Below are positions 14,191 through 28,790 of a stretch of 64,000 nt of DNA, one piece after another. The first letter of the stretch is position 1. Every line of letters begins with the position of its first letter. Source of the DNA: Camelus ferus (taxonomy: Eukaryota); contig NC_045696.1 in the NCBI RefSeq assembly GCF_009834535.1, positions 66,652,001-66,716,000 on the forward strand. The letters are read 5' to 3'. A program made the translations under genes and the position numbers. The notes under the pieces are model-generated. The model did not search any database, had not been told where the DNA came from, and worked only from the letters and a program-made list of their open reading frames with translations.

Positions 14191-15922
14191 TAATTTTTTT
14201 AAAAGGCTAACACAGTGCAGGGTAGTAATTTTACTCTGACAAATGTAACAAGAAATGTAAAAGAAAAATAAAAAGTTATAAATCATAAGTTAAAAATTCC
14301 TTCTTGGAAATCTTTATGTATAAAATAAAAATTACCCTCAACCATCCAAAAATTATCTATGTTATTTTTGTAACATAAGGGGTTGCATTTTTCTGACTGG
14401 AATGAGTGTCTTATGCAGATATTAAAGCTAATGATCAATACCATCATCTTATATTATGGAATCCATGAAAGAGCAGCAGGTTATAGGATGTGGCTTCTGG
14501 GTAAACAGTGGAGGTAGATAAAGAGCAATTAGATAAAGAGAATAAAACATGCCGAGAAAATCTCTGTGTGCTGGGAATCGTGTTACATCAAAATTCACTC
14601 AGTTTCCACTGAATTAAGTGTCATCTGGTTAACATTCTGTGGACAACTAAAATGCCAAAGGGAATCAGAGCTACATCAGGCATGATCTTGAGGGCTAAAA
14701 TATAGTCAAGAAAGCCTAAAATTGGTTAACCCTTGAGAGTTTAATGAGACTAAGATTCTTTTCAGGTAAGAGGAATCTAGAAGGAATCTTGGAGAAGGGA
14801 AACAATTAAATTGAGTCTTATTTAAGATAAAAGGCAAGATTTATTTTGCAGCAGAAGAGAGAAGACTTCAAGGTGAGAAGATGGTGAGTAGGGGCTTGGA
14901 GATTAGCAAGAGGAAAACATAACAGGAAATGGATGGAACACATTTATCAGAGGTGAACTTTAAGAACAGTGCTCTGACAGCATCTGAGCAGGATGAATAG
15001 GATGAAAAGACTCTGGAACCAAGGAATCATGTTACATCACGGAGGACATCTGATGATGTCCTTCTGCAGCAATCTGGGGAAGAGGTGGTGGAGACATGAA
15101 TTAGGTTTTTTCAGGGAGAATGCAGAGGAGAAAAATATTATAATCCTAATAAATGCATGTTAGTCAAAAGTATGAAAATGGATAAATTTCCCTAATAAAC
15201 AAAATGTGGAAGGAGACAAAAAGAAGGGTTAAAGACAAAACCTTGTGTTAAAAATTACTTTTAGGGAACAAAATTAAAGTCAGGGAAGAAAAGATTAAGA
15301 GGGAAGATGGAAAATGATGAATGTTTCTGCGAAGCAAAGGGTGAAGTAGAAACCCAGAATCCTTGGCAATGATAGGTATGGTTGTGAATCACTGTGAAGG
15401 TGAGCTTGGAATGACCCAAAGGCCATATCTGGATCCTAAAACTTCTGTGTAATCACTCATACCCAAGTAGGTGAAATGATCATCCCAGAGATTTGTCTGA
15501 GTATCTTAACCAGCATCATAATGTTTAAGACCCATTCATTACCTTGCACCATAATCTAAAGTATCTATAGTTTAAAATATACATGTATGAGCACTTCTGC
15601 ATTCATTTTCCCATGTAAACCCCAAAACAAGCCTTCCAGAGAGATCCTTTAGTCCCCATTTTCACAGGTGAGAAAATAGGAATTCAGGGAACTTAAATTA
15701 CTAATAGCAAGGAGAATAAATCACAGATCTTCTGACATCCTAAGTTCTGGTACCACATCTTACTAACTTCACGTGACACACACACAAAAAGGGTCATAGA
15801 GGTCCAAGCACAAGGAGGCATTCTGTTTCAAATCCTGACACTCCTGACCTCTTTAGGACACAAGATGAGAGGAAGATATTCCAAATGAAGAGAGAAACTC
15901 CTTAAGCATCCTGCATTTCTGG

Positions 15923-15928
15923 ATAATG

Positions 15929-15978
<50 letters not shown>
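15923..15978. repeat. (TAA)n microsatellite
   Basis: Read directly. Confidence 0.97.
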
Positions 15979-17584
15979 TTCATTTATAATAGTTTTATAG
16001 TTTAGAAAGTGTCTTTAATGTGACATTGAGAACTCCCAAGAACTTACTGAATCCGAATTACTCCATTTTACAGATAAGGAAAGTGAGACTCGGAAACAAT
16101 ATGTGAACAACTAACAGTTATTTAGCTAAATTTAGGCTACACTCATATACAGCTCTTCACATTCTTGACATGGAATTATATTTTAAGATAGTATGAAAAA
16201 GAAAGCTGCCATTTTGTGACGTTGCAATGAGGATTAATGGTAGCAACATTAGTGTGGTACGGGAGATGATTCCAAGCTGCCAGAATAGTGAAGGCAGTGA
16301 AGTATAGGATTGATGCTCTGGTGCAGAGATATATGAAGAAACTTGGAACAGTGCTATGGATGCAAATGTCTTTGAAACTATCAGAAGACTGAGAGTGATA
16401 AATAAATTCTCCCGCCAGGTCCTTTTGGCTCAACATACTTGCTCAGTTACATGGTACTTCTTCTTAATTTCAAGGTAGGGTTGGGGTTTACGAGTTGATC
16501 TGTATTGGAAACAAACCAGTGCTTCCTTTAAACCTACATGAATGTTTTATGAGGTAAAGGTCCTTATCTAGACTGATGCCTGAATAATTTAATGGTTTTC
16601 TGAACTAACTGTACCCAGAGGCATGCATATTGAATAAATTGAGATAAGCTTTCCTTATCCCTGCCTTGGTAACACATCTCTTCTTTCCACAATCTCCAAT
16701 TGCTGTCATGGGTCTGGAAAAGTGACTCAGTTTCACCTGGAGGGAAATGGATCTAAGCGGTTGGTAAGACTGATGACAGGTGGTTTGTGACTCAGCATTC
16801 CCAGAAACAGAGGGTTGATCTCTTCCCTGGGGCAATGCACAGCATGGCAGCTGTTTTCCTGAGACTCCCCTGACTTCGTTGCCAGTTTCCTTAATCCAAG
16901 CCAGTCTGTACCTAAAGCTATATTGAAGGACAAGATGGAAATGGCCTGTTTGACAACTGCTTTTGCCCAAAACATTGCTGATTTATGTCGAGAGTGGAGC
17001 TGATCCCAGAGAAACCAACGAATGGACTTTATAGCAGTGATTTATCAGTGTGTATTGATTTCTAATGAGACTGAATCATTCAAGGAAATCAACATGCAAA
17101 GATGGGGCTAATCCACTGTTCTTGAACTTGGCTTCATTTTGAAATCACCTGGGAAGTTTTAAAAAATTCTGGCATCAGAAATTTTAAAAGATCTCTTGGG
17201 TTCTGTTATGAAGCAGAGTTTGAGAACTAATCTAATACTCTAATTGTGGGAATCGGTTGTCAAAATTTTCTAGCCTCTATCACCCAGTTTCGTTGCCATA
17301 TCACTGTGTGCACTGATCCAGGCAGATTATTCTATTTTATCAAAGGCATCATGTCACACAGCTTGTCAGCAGCCAATATCCTGGTTCTAAAGTGACATCT
17401 TCTTCTCTTTAATAGCTGAAGTGCTCCTTGGGGTAAATGATGGACAGCAGTTAGGTAAAGTTTCATTATTTAAAGACAAGAGTATATGAAAGTCAATCTT
17501 TGGGGAAGACTACATGGATTCTGAAGACTTTTCACTGTTTTTTTTCAAACATTCCTTATTAAAAAAATCTACAGGGCTGCAGAG

Positions 17585-17758
17585 AATTGTTTCTAATGAG
17601 TGTCTGCATTAAATCCACCTAGAGATCTTATTAAAATGCAGATTCTGAACTCAAACCTAAGAGAATCTGGTATGCTCAGGCAGAGAGCTTATATGGAGAT
17701 CTTCATTTTAACACTCTCTAAGGTGATTCTTAAGTCCACTGAAGTTAGAGAACCACTG
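17585..17758. mobile_element. MER5A-like element (similar remnants at ~17115-17228 and ~61279-61452)
   Basis: cacctagagatcttattaaaatgcagattctg...ggtgattct...gagaaccactg. Confidence 0.65.
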
Positions 17759-19649
17759 AACCACTGAAATTTCAAGCAAGGCTGCCCACTGCCCCACTGT
17801 CAAGCTCGATTCCTTGCACTGGGATTTAGAATAAAATTTAGCAATCTGTTAATTTTTCTACCAATTCTGTTGTGATGCAAGAACCTAGAACATTAGTCAA
17901 ATTCTGGTGGTTGAGGCATTAGAAACAGTCCTAGAATTTCTGTATGTCTGAGGATCAAACAGGCAAACGTGGTAAAAACTAGAACTCCAGCAAAACCAAC
18001 TAAATCTTCTTATTGATATGCAGGTACTGGTTACAGATAGTCAAGAGATACCCTGCGCTTCTTATGCAAAGCCGTTCTTGGTGTTTTCTATTTATTACAG
18101 AACAATATTGTGAACGAATACAAGATGTAGTAAAAAGAGCATTGAATTTATCATCAGAGGAATTGAGCCATGTTACCACCATTAATTATCCATGTGACTT
18201 TAAGTCACTTAGCTTCTCTGATCTCAGTATTTTCATTTCTAAAATGGGATTAATACATGCAATGCCAATGTACCAAGGTTATTATAAATTTAAAACTATA
18301 TGCTCAGTATGAAAGGGCACTATAAACTGATTAATTCTATTCAGTTATAATCATTTCATAGTAGACCCAGTGGAGTCTCCTTTGGTGGCCTTGGAGAATT
18401 AAAGAGTTGCTTCCAAGTGGGCCACCTTCTTTTTATTTTCTTTTTGTAATAGAGATACATGTGTAAATTCTGAGAGAAAATTCCTTTGATAATATTTATC
18501 ATAGGATACAATGGTACAATGAAATAAATCTGGGGAAAATACTATTTATATTTTTATCCTGGGACCAGCATGATACATTATACTATAGTTAGTCCCAAAT
18601 TGTTTACTAACATATAATGAAATATTTTACATTTGACATGCTGTTTGTGATAAATGGGGAAAAAGCAGCATATAAATTATATATAGAGTATTATGCCAAT
18701 ATTATAAGATATATAAAATACAAATTAATTCAACAAATATTTTTAGCACCTACTATAAATTATGGTGAAAATTTCACACAGTCTTGGCTTGTAAACATAA
18801 CTTTTGGGTGAAAAATATTATATAGTCTTACCACAGTTCGTTGGACCAATCTCTCCTTAATGGCTATTTTTATTGTTAGTATTTATTGCTATTGTTACTG
18901 TAGGGTGAGATCTCAACAAAAATCTTTACCCCTTAGAGGATCTTCTCTGGGTCTTTTGAGCCTATACCTCACATTAAGCAATAATCAATACTGCAAAATG
19001 AGTGTGTGTATGAAAAAATATTTGGTTTTCTAAAATTATGACGTTATTTTTAGTTTATAAACTATGCATCTCTGTAAACAATCTGAGATGATGGAAAGAA
19101 TAGGATTAGTTAAAAATGTAAGCCACACTGTTGAGATTGTGCCTAGAATCTAGAGAAGAGAGGTGGAGTAATTCCAAGAGCATATAGAGAAAAAGGAACC
19201 CAAATCTTTAACAGAGAGCATCCAGCTGGAAAACCCAAAGGTTCGCTTCTGGTTAGCACTTGTCACATCAGTGCCATCGTGAACTGAGTGGATGAAAACT
19301 TTGATCAAGCTACTCCAAAATGGGACAGTTTCATAGACGATTATCCTCTTTGGAACTTTTTGAGGACAGCATAGCTTTTATGTTTGTTTGTTTGTTTCTG
19401 TTCATCTGCCTATGAGCTGTGAGCCTTCCTAGACCATTCTTGTCACCATAGGGTACTCGTTTCTTTGTCACTTTAAAGACAGGTGACAAAAATATTTGAA
19501 TGCCTTTCCTTTCTCTTTGTGGGAGGAGAAGGGAACTATTGTGTCCCTAAATAGATTTGGAAGTAAAGTGTGTGCTCTAAAAGGAAAGTTAAGGAATCTT
19601 AATTACCATCGTTTTAAAGTTCAAGTTTAACATAAGGTTCTATGAAAAA

Positions 19650-20406
19650 AAATATTCAGTGAACTTTCTTATACATAAATATTTACCTGTGTATTTGATA
19701 AGATTCTCTAGTAGATTCTAGAAATTGAAAATTCTAGGCCATAGGCTATGACGGTTTAAAAGCTCCTTGAACATGTTGTGGAGCTGATTTCCTGAAAGAT
19801 TATACCAACTTAAATTCCCATTGAAGTGAACAAAGTGCTCATTTGAACTTAACCTGCAACAGAAGTTAATTGTGTCAATTCATAAGCAGGAATCAAAAAA
19901 AATTTTTCTTGTTTTATTCAAACCCTTTTATAACCAGTGCAATTTTGTCAGTTTCTGTCTTTAACATGTCAGTATGAAGTTACCTTCTATTTCCATTGGA
20001 TGTCCTTCATCAAGTTAAAGAAATTATTTTCTATCCTTAATTTGAGAAGAGTTTTTTTATCATGAGTGGGTATTGACTTTTGTCAAATGCTATCTCTGCA
20101 TCTATCTAATGATAATCTTTCCTCATCTATTCTATTTATATTATGAATTCTATTGATTAAATGTCTAGTCTTCAATCTTTCATTCCTGGGAAAAACCTCA
20201 TTTGTCATGATTTTTATATATTGTTTGTTTCAAATTGCTAATATTTTAATAAGAATTTTTGCATCTGTGTTTCTGAAGAAGACTCATCTTTCAGAATTTT
20301 TATTTTGCAACTTTTTAGTCTGGTTTTGGTATCAGTGTAATGCTGACTTCATAAAATGAGTTGGCAAGTCTTTCTACTTATTTTATGAAAAAAGTTTACT
20401 TAGGAC

Positions 20407-20498
<92 letters not shown>

Positions 20499-23400
20499 TT
20501 GATGGGATTTACTAGTGAAGCCTAACTTCAACTTTTCTAATAGATACAAGGCTCTTCATATTTCTATTTCTTTTGTGCTGGTCTTGATAACTTGTGTCAT
20601 TCAGTGAAGCTGTACATGTCATCAGCTGACAGAACAAGGGAATATACTAACCAGTGAATAGATAATATACATAAATATTTTTACTTGTAACCATCCATAT
20701 CTATAATTTAAGCTCAACTTGAGTTCATATGATGTCTCCAAATATAATCCATTACAACGTTGATAATTATAGCCTCCCTACTCTGCTTGTCTGTAAACTC
20801 TCACACCAACAGTGAGAAACCCAGCTTCCACCATCCACCATCCATTTACTTAATTGCTCAGTTCCAGTATACATGTAGCATTATAAGAAATGATAATCCT
20901 TATCCCCATTGGGAACAATTTTATTAACTAGAGTATAATGCTTATGTGCAATTTGTTTTGCTTTTAGTTTTAGATACTCAAGTAATTCTAAAGTTTATCC
21001 AGCACCTTTCCCCCCAAACCCTCCAGGGAGGTTGTTACATATATTTGTAATGCAGTCATTCCCTTGCCACAGTCTGCACTCCCTCCTGGGATCCCCAAAC
21101 TTCCTAAAAGATTTTTTTTAAATTGATATACATTAAGGGTCTTGTTTTGTACTAAAGTTCTATGGGTTTTGATGAATGCCTAATGTTATGTATCTACACA
21201 TTATCGTAAATGATGGTTTCACTGACCTAAAAATCATGCGTCAGCTATTCAACCATCTTCTTCCCCTGAACCCTTGGCAACCATTGATATTTTTATTCTT
21301 TCTGTAGTTTTGCCTTTTCCAGAATTTCATATAATTGAAATGATATAATATGTAGCCTTTTCAGACTGGCTTCTTTCACATAGCAATCAACATTTAAGGT
21401 TCTTAGGTATCTTCTCGTGACTTGATATCCTATTTACTTTGATCATTGCAGAGTATTCAGTTACATGGATGTGCCACAATTTGTTTATCCTTTTACCTAT
21501 TGAAGAACACCTTGATTGCTTCCAGGATGGTGAATATGAATATAGCTGCTATAAACATTTCTGTGCACATATTGGTGTAGGTATAACTCTTCAAATCAGT
21601 TAAGTGTAAACCTAGGAGTGCGATCACTGGATCATGTTATAAGACTAAGTTTAGCCTTGAAGGACTCTAACAAACTGTCTTCCAACACTGATATACTATT
21701 TTGTATTTCCACCAGCACTAAATAAAAATTCCGTATTTCTCTGCATTTGTACCAGCAATTGGTATTGCCAGGTTTTCCTCACATTCCAGTCCAACAGGTG
21801 TGTAATGGTATCTCATTGTTTTAATTTGAAATTCTCTAATGACAAATTATATTGAGTATCTTTTTGTATGATTGGTTACTATGTATATCTCTTCTTTGAG
21901 GAGGTGTCTGTTCAGATCATTGGCTAATTTCTATTGGCCTTCTTGTTTTCTTACTGATTTTTATGAGATCTTTGTACATTTTGGATATAAGCCCTTTATC
22001 ACTCATGTGTTTTGCAAACATTTTATCCAAATCTGTGACTTGTATTTCATTCTCTTAACATCATCTTCAAAAGAGATAGTTTTCATTTTAATAAAGCCCA
22101 ATTGATCATTTTTTTAAATTTTATTTTATGGATTGTGCTTTTGGTGTTGTATCTAAAAATGCACCACACGGAGTGTCTCCTATTTGTTTTACAAAAGTTT
22201 TAAAGGTTTGCATTTCACATTTTGGTCTATGATTCATTTTGACTTGATTTGTGAAAGGTGTACATTCTATCTAGGTTAATTTTTCCTTTTTCTTTTTTTT
22301 TTTTTTTTTTTTTTTTTGCATATGGATACCCAGTACTATTTATGGGAAAGCTATCCTTTCACTGTGGAATTGGCTTTATACCCTTGTCAGTTGACTATAT
22401 TTGTATGGGCCTTTTTTCTGGCCTCTCTTTTTTGTTCTCTAACTCTGTTCTTCCTTGTTCTGCCATCTGCTTTGTCTGAAATTAATAAAACTACTCTAGT
22501 TTTGTTTTTTTGGTTAGAGTTAGCATAGTATATCTTTACTTTTAAACTGAGTCTTTAAAATGAGTTTCTTGTAGACAACATGCTGTTGCATCCTCTTTGT
22601 TTTTATCCACTCGCATTTTATCTTCTTCAATGTGCTTAGACCATTCACATTTAAAGTGATTATTAATATGGTTGGGTTGAAATCTACCATGTTTTTAACC
22701 ATTTCCTGTTTATTGCACTTATTCTTTGTTTCTTTTTTCCCTCTTTTTCTAACTTAATTTAAATAAAGTTTTTCCTGGTTAATTATTTTATATGATTGCA
22801 TTTATCACTGCTCTTAGCAAATCTATTATATTTATTTAAAGTTATTTAATGATCAACCTATAGTGTCTGCAATATTCATTTCAAGTTAATGGAAGTCCAC
22901 TGTCTAAACAACACTGCACCACTTACATGTAATGCAGATAGTTTGTAACAGAGGATTCTCAGTTCTTGCCTTCTATTTCTGATGGCATTGCTGTCATCCA
23001 TTTCACTTATCCATATACTGTGTTTACCCAAGATGCTGTTATTATCTTATGTTAAACAGTTATCTTTTAGATCAATTAGGAGAAAGAAAAAGAAAAGATT
23101 TTATTTTGCCATCATTTGTTCCTTCTGTGTTGCTCTTCCCTTTACAAATGTTTGGGAAATTTTACTTTTGAAGCCATCTATGCCTGTAAAGTTTTTTGTG
23201 AGCTGTTTTAAAATTATAAACTACTTTTTAAAAATCAGATACTGGACTATTCAGATTTACTTTCTTTTTACGTCTGTTTTGGTCAGTTGTAATCTCATGA
23301 GTTTGTTCATTTCATTTAATTTGCAAATTTACTGGTCAAAATTTTTTCTTAACATTCTCTTATTATCTGATATCTGTATCAATGATGATGTCCCATTTTT

Positions 23401-25500
23401 CTTCCTAATACTGGTAATTTGTACTTTTTAATTTTCTTGGATCAGTCTGGCTTAAATGTTTACCATTTCATTAATTTTTTTCAGCTTTTTAATACTCTCT
23501 GTTGTACTTTTGGGCTTTAGTTGTTAATTTGCACTCAACTTATCTTCTTTTTGTTCCCTTAGTGTTTCCTTTACTGTTATTTTCCTAATGTCCTAGGATA
23601 AAAACGTAAATCATAATATACAACCTTTCTTCTTTTCTAGTGCAAACCTATAAAGCCAAAAGTTTTTCTTTTATGCCAGTTTTAGATGCATACTGCACAT
23701 TTTCATAGGCCTCATTTTTCTGTATGTTATTCAAAATACTTTGTAATTTACATTATAATTTATTCATTGATCCTGGGTTATTTTAAAAGTCTATTGGTTA
23801 ATATGCAAACATTTGAGATTTGTACACTATTTTTGTAACTATACATGTAGTATATTTTTCTAGTGAACATATTCTGTATTATTTTAATACTTTGAAACAT
23901 TAAGATCAAGTTTGTTAACTATAAAGTTCAAATCTTTTCTATTTGTACTGACTTTTGCCTGCTTTTTCTATCATTTACTCTAGAGAAAGTTTTAAATCTC
24001 TCAACTGGACTATTGTTGTGTCATATTTTACTCTATATATTGAGATTGTGTTATTAGGTACAGACAAATTTATAATTGTTACAATTTTTATTTCTTATTA
24101 TTTCTAACAATGCTTTTTTTTGCCTTAAAGCCTACTTTGCCTTATATTAATAGAGTAACACTAGGTAAATTTTGGTTAATGTTTGATAATATCTTTTCTC
24201 CACTCCTTTATTTTTAACCTCTCTACTTATTTATGTTTACAGTGTGACTCATAAATTAAATGTGTATCTTTATTTTTATCAAATCTGAAGTATGTAGCTT
24301 GTTTACAGATAAATTTATCATTGATATTTTTAAGTTTAAATCTACCATCTTTTTATTCATTTTTTTGTTTGCCCATTTGTTCCTCATTTTTTTCTTTTGT
24401 TGTCTTCTTTTTGATTAATCATTTTTTCAATTATTCCATTTTCCCAGTTATTAGCTTATTAATTATAAGCTATTTTTCTTTTCTTTTAGGGACTGCAATA
24501 TGAATCCCTGAATTTTGTAGTGTTTACTCTAATATTTTGTCCATTTCTCAGAAAATGCAAGGAATTAAGGATAATTAAATTCCATTTTCCCCATTCAGCC
24601 TATTCTGGTATTATGGTCAAGTGTTTTAATTATATGTATATTTTAAACCCACATTATATTACCAGTATTGCTTTATACTACCAATGTTCATTTCTATTCA
24701 CCTACATAGTTACCTTTTCCAGTGATTACTGTTTCCTATTTACATTTCTGTAAGATAATTTCCTTCTTGCATTTCTGTTTAGGATCATTTTCCCTCTGCT
24801 CAAATTATACCCTTTAGTAGATTTTTTTGTACATGTTTTCCAATGACTTTTCTCACTATATTTGAAAATGTCTCTATTTTATGTTTATTTTTGAAAGATA
24901 TTTTCACTTGGTATATAATTTTAGACTGTGAGTTTTATTTTTCATTTTTTAATATTAGTTTCTTTTCTTATGGGTTTCATAATTTCCTTTGAAGAATAAT
25001 TTTATCAGTCTTTTGATAAAGGAAATGTGTCTTGAAATTCCTTGTAAGAAATGTGTCTGTTTTTCTGAATCCTTTTAAAATATTCTTTCTGCTTTTGGTT
25101 TTTTGTTTTTTGTTTTTTGTTTTAGTATTTTGTCCCCTGATGTGTCTAATGGTGGTTTTGTTTGTACTTACCCTGACTGAGCTAAATAGAGCTTTCTGAC
25201 TCTGTGGATTAATTTCTTTTGACAGTTTTGGAAAATACATATGTGTTTCACCTGTTGGGCTATTTATAGTTTTTTGTTTGTTAGTTTTCCTCTTCACCAT
25301 TTTATCTTCCTCTTGGCCTAATTGGTAATTTTGGATTGAATGCTTGACAGTATACATAAAAATGTGTGCATCTCTGTATTTTTTTCTTCTTCTGAAAGGT
25401 ATTTTATTTCCTTTTAACTCACAAATAGATTACAGGTAGATCATCTCACTTCTATAAAGGGTTGTGAAACTTTGAGATTCAGTTTCAGTCTTTTTGAGAA
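19650..25500 (-). mobile_element. nested cluster of old L1M fragments, mostly minus strand
   Basis: T-rich L1 antisense signatures such as ttttgccttttccagaatttcatata, caaactgtcttcc and tttcttgtagacaaca; internal boundaries not resolved. Confidence 0.8.
20407..20495. repeat. compound (TA)n(CA)n microsatellite
   Basis: Read directly. Confidence 0.97.
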
Positions 25501-26719
25501 CTTGTCAATTTTGCGTTTCCACTTACTTCTAATTGAGTCATGTGAGTAATGTGGTCCTTTAGCTCTCTTTTTTCATTGCTTGCCAGGAGGTTAATGTTAA
25601 TTTTATTCTCAACTACAGTGACTCCATTGACATTGCTTTATAGTTCTCTTTCTTTCTTCTATAACAGATATTTCTTTTATTTGTTACTTAATTATCTTAC
25701 TCTACCTGTATCTATTATTGTAAAGAGCCTCAAATACTTTTTAGAATCCATTCATTCATCATTTATTATCACCAGTCTCCACTATTTGGGGCACAAACTG
25801 GGCTCTAAGTAGGACTATGGGTACTAATTCCACAGTTACTGACTTAAAGGGGCTTACAATCTAATAACAGAAAAATAACAGACAACCAGATGACTGGAAT
25901 AGTAGAGAGTAGAAAAATTATGCAACAGTGCATAAACCACGTGCTGTAGGAATGCAGATAAAGGAATACTATAGTTTGCCTAGAAGGATGAGGGAGATTG
26001 TGAGGGTAGCATTTGAGTGGACACTTGAAGAAGGACTAGGATTAACAGGAGAGAGCCATTACTTCAGGCGAAGGTAACAACATGAACACAAGGGTAAGAA
26101 GAGAAAAAAATGGGTTAAAGGATGGGATGAATAACATGAGGGATACTGTGGTGGCAGTGACTCAGGGATGGGTAAGGCTGATTTAAAAACTAGTTTTTGA
26201 GATTCTTAAGGCAGTGATTCTGGTGCTAGAAATAGAACCAATTGTTATTCTTTAGTGATCTTAAGATTTGTGTTGGTTCTTTAATTACCTCCCAAGAGAT
26301 ATGTTTACTAAGTGAAAAACGAGAAACAGTTGCTGCCTCCAGGGCTAAGAGTAACCAAGGAAAGAGAAATACACCTGCCTTTTTGGTCACCAATACTAAT
26401 ATTTTATTTTCTTGGGTCTTGAATGGTAAGCTAAAGCCTCAAGTTGGAACAGAATGCAGGCTGCTCTAGGGCGGTGATTCAGGCTGACTGTTAAATTTGC
26501 AAAACTGAATGTGGGTGGTTTTATTGTGTAATCTTTTGCCTTAATCTTTCGGGCTTTAATGAAGTGCTTTGACTGTCTCTTTATGTGCATGCTTGTTAGA
26601 ATTAGGACATGCATGGAGTTTCTTAATGGAACCTCATCACATTTAAAGTCATGTTTGCAAAATTATTTGCCTTAGGTTAAAAAAGTCCTCTGTGGTTATG
26701 GAAGAAAAAAATATTTTAA

Positions 26720-26818
26720 AAGAGAGAGAGAGAAAGGGAGAAAGAAAGGGAGAAAGAAAAGGCAGAAAGAAAGAAAAAGAAAAGAAAGAAAGAGAGAAAG
26801 AAAGAGAGAGAGAGAGAG

Positions 26819-26898
<80 letters not shown>
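26720..26898. repeat. (GAAA)n/(GA)n polypurine tract
   Basis: About 180 bp of almost pure purine on +. Confidence 0.97.
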
Positions 26899-26899
<1 letters not shown>

Positions 26900-27515
26900 T
26901 AGGAAATACTAATAAAGCCAGGCTATGCAGTTGATATTATTTTATTTTGGGAATTTAAAGTCCAGAAAATAAAATAATTTGGTCAAATTTGGTTCCTATT
27001 TCAAGTAAATTTCACATCTGGAATTTAACTTACAGAGTTAGTGTTCACATGTAGTGTTGGAGATAAAATTTGATATAAATGGCCAAAAAAATAAATTAAG
27101 TAGTAATTAAATAACAGATTGAAAATTTTGTTTGCCATTTTGAAAAACAAGAAAAACAAAACATTTTCCCAAGCAGAATGCCATCACCTCCACTGTTTCT
27201 CAATGTATCAGTCAACATTTTTCAACAAACATTTGTTGAGCACCCACTATATGTCAGGTTCTCTGTTAGCCTCCAGAGACAGTGATGAGCAAAATGCAGG
27301 CACAACTCCTGGTCTTTCAGAGATCAGAGTCTAGTGAGGATCATCAGACAATTGTCAAATAATCACACATATGAAAGAATAATTCCAAATATAAGGAAAC
27401 TGCTCTTAAAAAAGAAGCAAAATTCTGTGAGAATAAATAATAAAGAGATTGCAAATAAATACCTATACTCTTTGTGGACCTCAGGAGTAGACGGCCCACA
27501 GGGAATTAGTACCAT

Positions 27516-28054
27516 TATTACAGGGTCCAAACTTGTTCTGCTCACCATGTGATAAGCCAGGAAATCAGGGGATGAGGTGTTGGAACAAGGAATAACAGCT
27601 TTATTCAGAAAGCCAAGCCGACCAAGGAGATGGAGGACTAAGTCCTAGAGAGCCATTTTACCCAAGTCAGAATTCAGGTTCCTTTTATAAGGGGGAGAGT
27701 GTGTGGTTGGTTGTTGCAAACTCCTTGATTTGCAAGAATCCTTTGTTCTTGTTCATGTAATCCTTTGTTCTTGCAGCTGTCCATGTAAGTCAGGTCATGA
27801 TGTCCCTGTAAACCTCCAGTGAGACAAATGTTATTTTCTATTCTGCAACTTGTTACCTTCATGTGAACGGGAAAGTGTTACACCCTTAAAGGTGGGACCC
27901 TTGAGAATAGGCTATCCTGTATATTTCAGACTATAGGCAACAATCTTTTATAAATGGTGCAGAACCAGCATGCCTAAGCACTGGAAACAGAGCACAGGGT
28001 TAGAGCTAAATGGACAGATCTAATGTGGAATCAGATTTGCTCTCCTTTACAACA
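27516..28054 (-). mobile_element. solo ERV LTR (ERV1-like, 539 bp)
   Basis: Termini tattac...caaca flanked by a 4 bp TSD ccat (27512-27515 and 28055-28058); minus-strand TATAAAA (~27683-27689) followed by AATAAA (27600-27605). Confidence 0.75.
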
Positions 28055-28129
28055 CCATGAGCTGCTTGGTGCTGGGAATAGAATAAGTATCAGAGTCAGA
28101 TTCTTGTTCTTAAGACAATTAGGCCTTTT

Positions 28130-28790
28130 CCATCATGTCCTGCAATGCCAGAGGTTCCTAAGCGGCTCCTGAAGTTAGGTTTGTCCTTCTCCTACCTGTA
28201 CTAGTAAACCTCAGTAGTCCTTTGCTTCCCTTCAGTCCATCTCAAGGTTACTGCCAGACATTTCTAAAACTCAGCTTCTAAAGTGCCTCACCCTTTGCAA
28301 CAGCTTCTGAAGTTTCTTTTTCACAGGGTTGCAATTCTTTGCTCCATATTTACATAAATTCAAAGATCTGGCAGACAGGGCCCTCCGTGATCTTAGCAGC
28401 CTTCAACCAGCTTTACCAGATTCATCTTTCATCACTCTTCTCCACACCCCTTGTACCCTGAGGTCCAACCTCAGTAATATTTTGTAGCAGAATCATTCAC
28501 TTCCCTGAAACAGGTATGTGCTGTTTCCTTTTTCTGGGAAGCATCCCCTCCCTTTTCTACCTGGGAAGTCCCCACTAATTCCACAATATTCAGGTCAAAT
28601 GTGACTTCCTCACTGAAGCTTTCTCCTACCCCCTACGGCAGAGTTAACTTATTTCTTTCTTAGTGCTTCCTCAACACTTCATACTCGTTAATACCGTTCA
28701 TCACGTTGTACCCCAACTGTTCGTCTTTGTGTTATTTCATAAATGAGACTGAGCTTTCTGAGATGATGACTAGGTCTGTTACGTTTCTAT
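28130..28790 (+). mobile_element. L2 remnant
   Basis: caggtcaaatgtgacttcctcactgaagctttc...gactgagctttctgag. Confidence 0.55.

Noticed and set aside
26585..26614. p63/p53-like half sites (also near 7605, 9385 and 38344)
   Set aside because: Mismatches or long spacers; no convincing full RRRCWWGYYY x2 autoregulatory site.
26692..26934. K/E/R-rich ORF
   Set aside because: Translation of the GAAA microsatellite.
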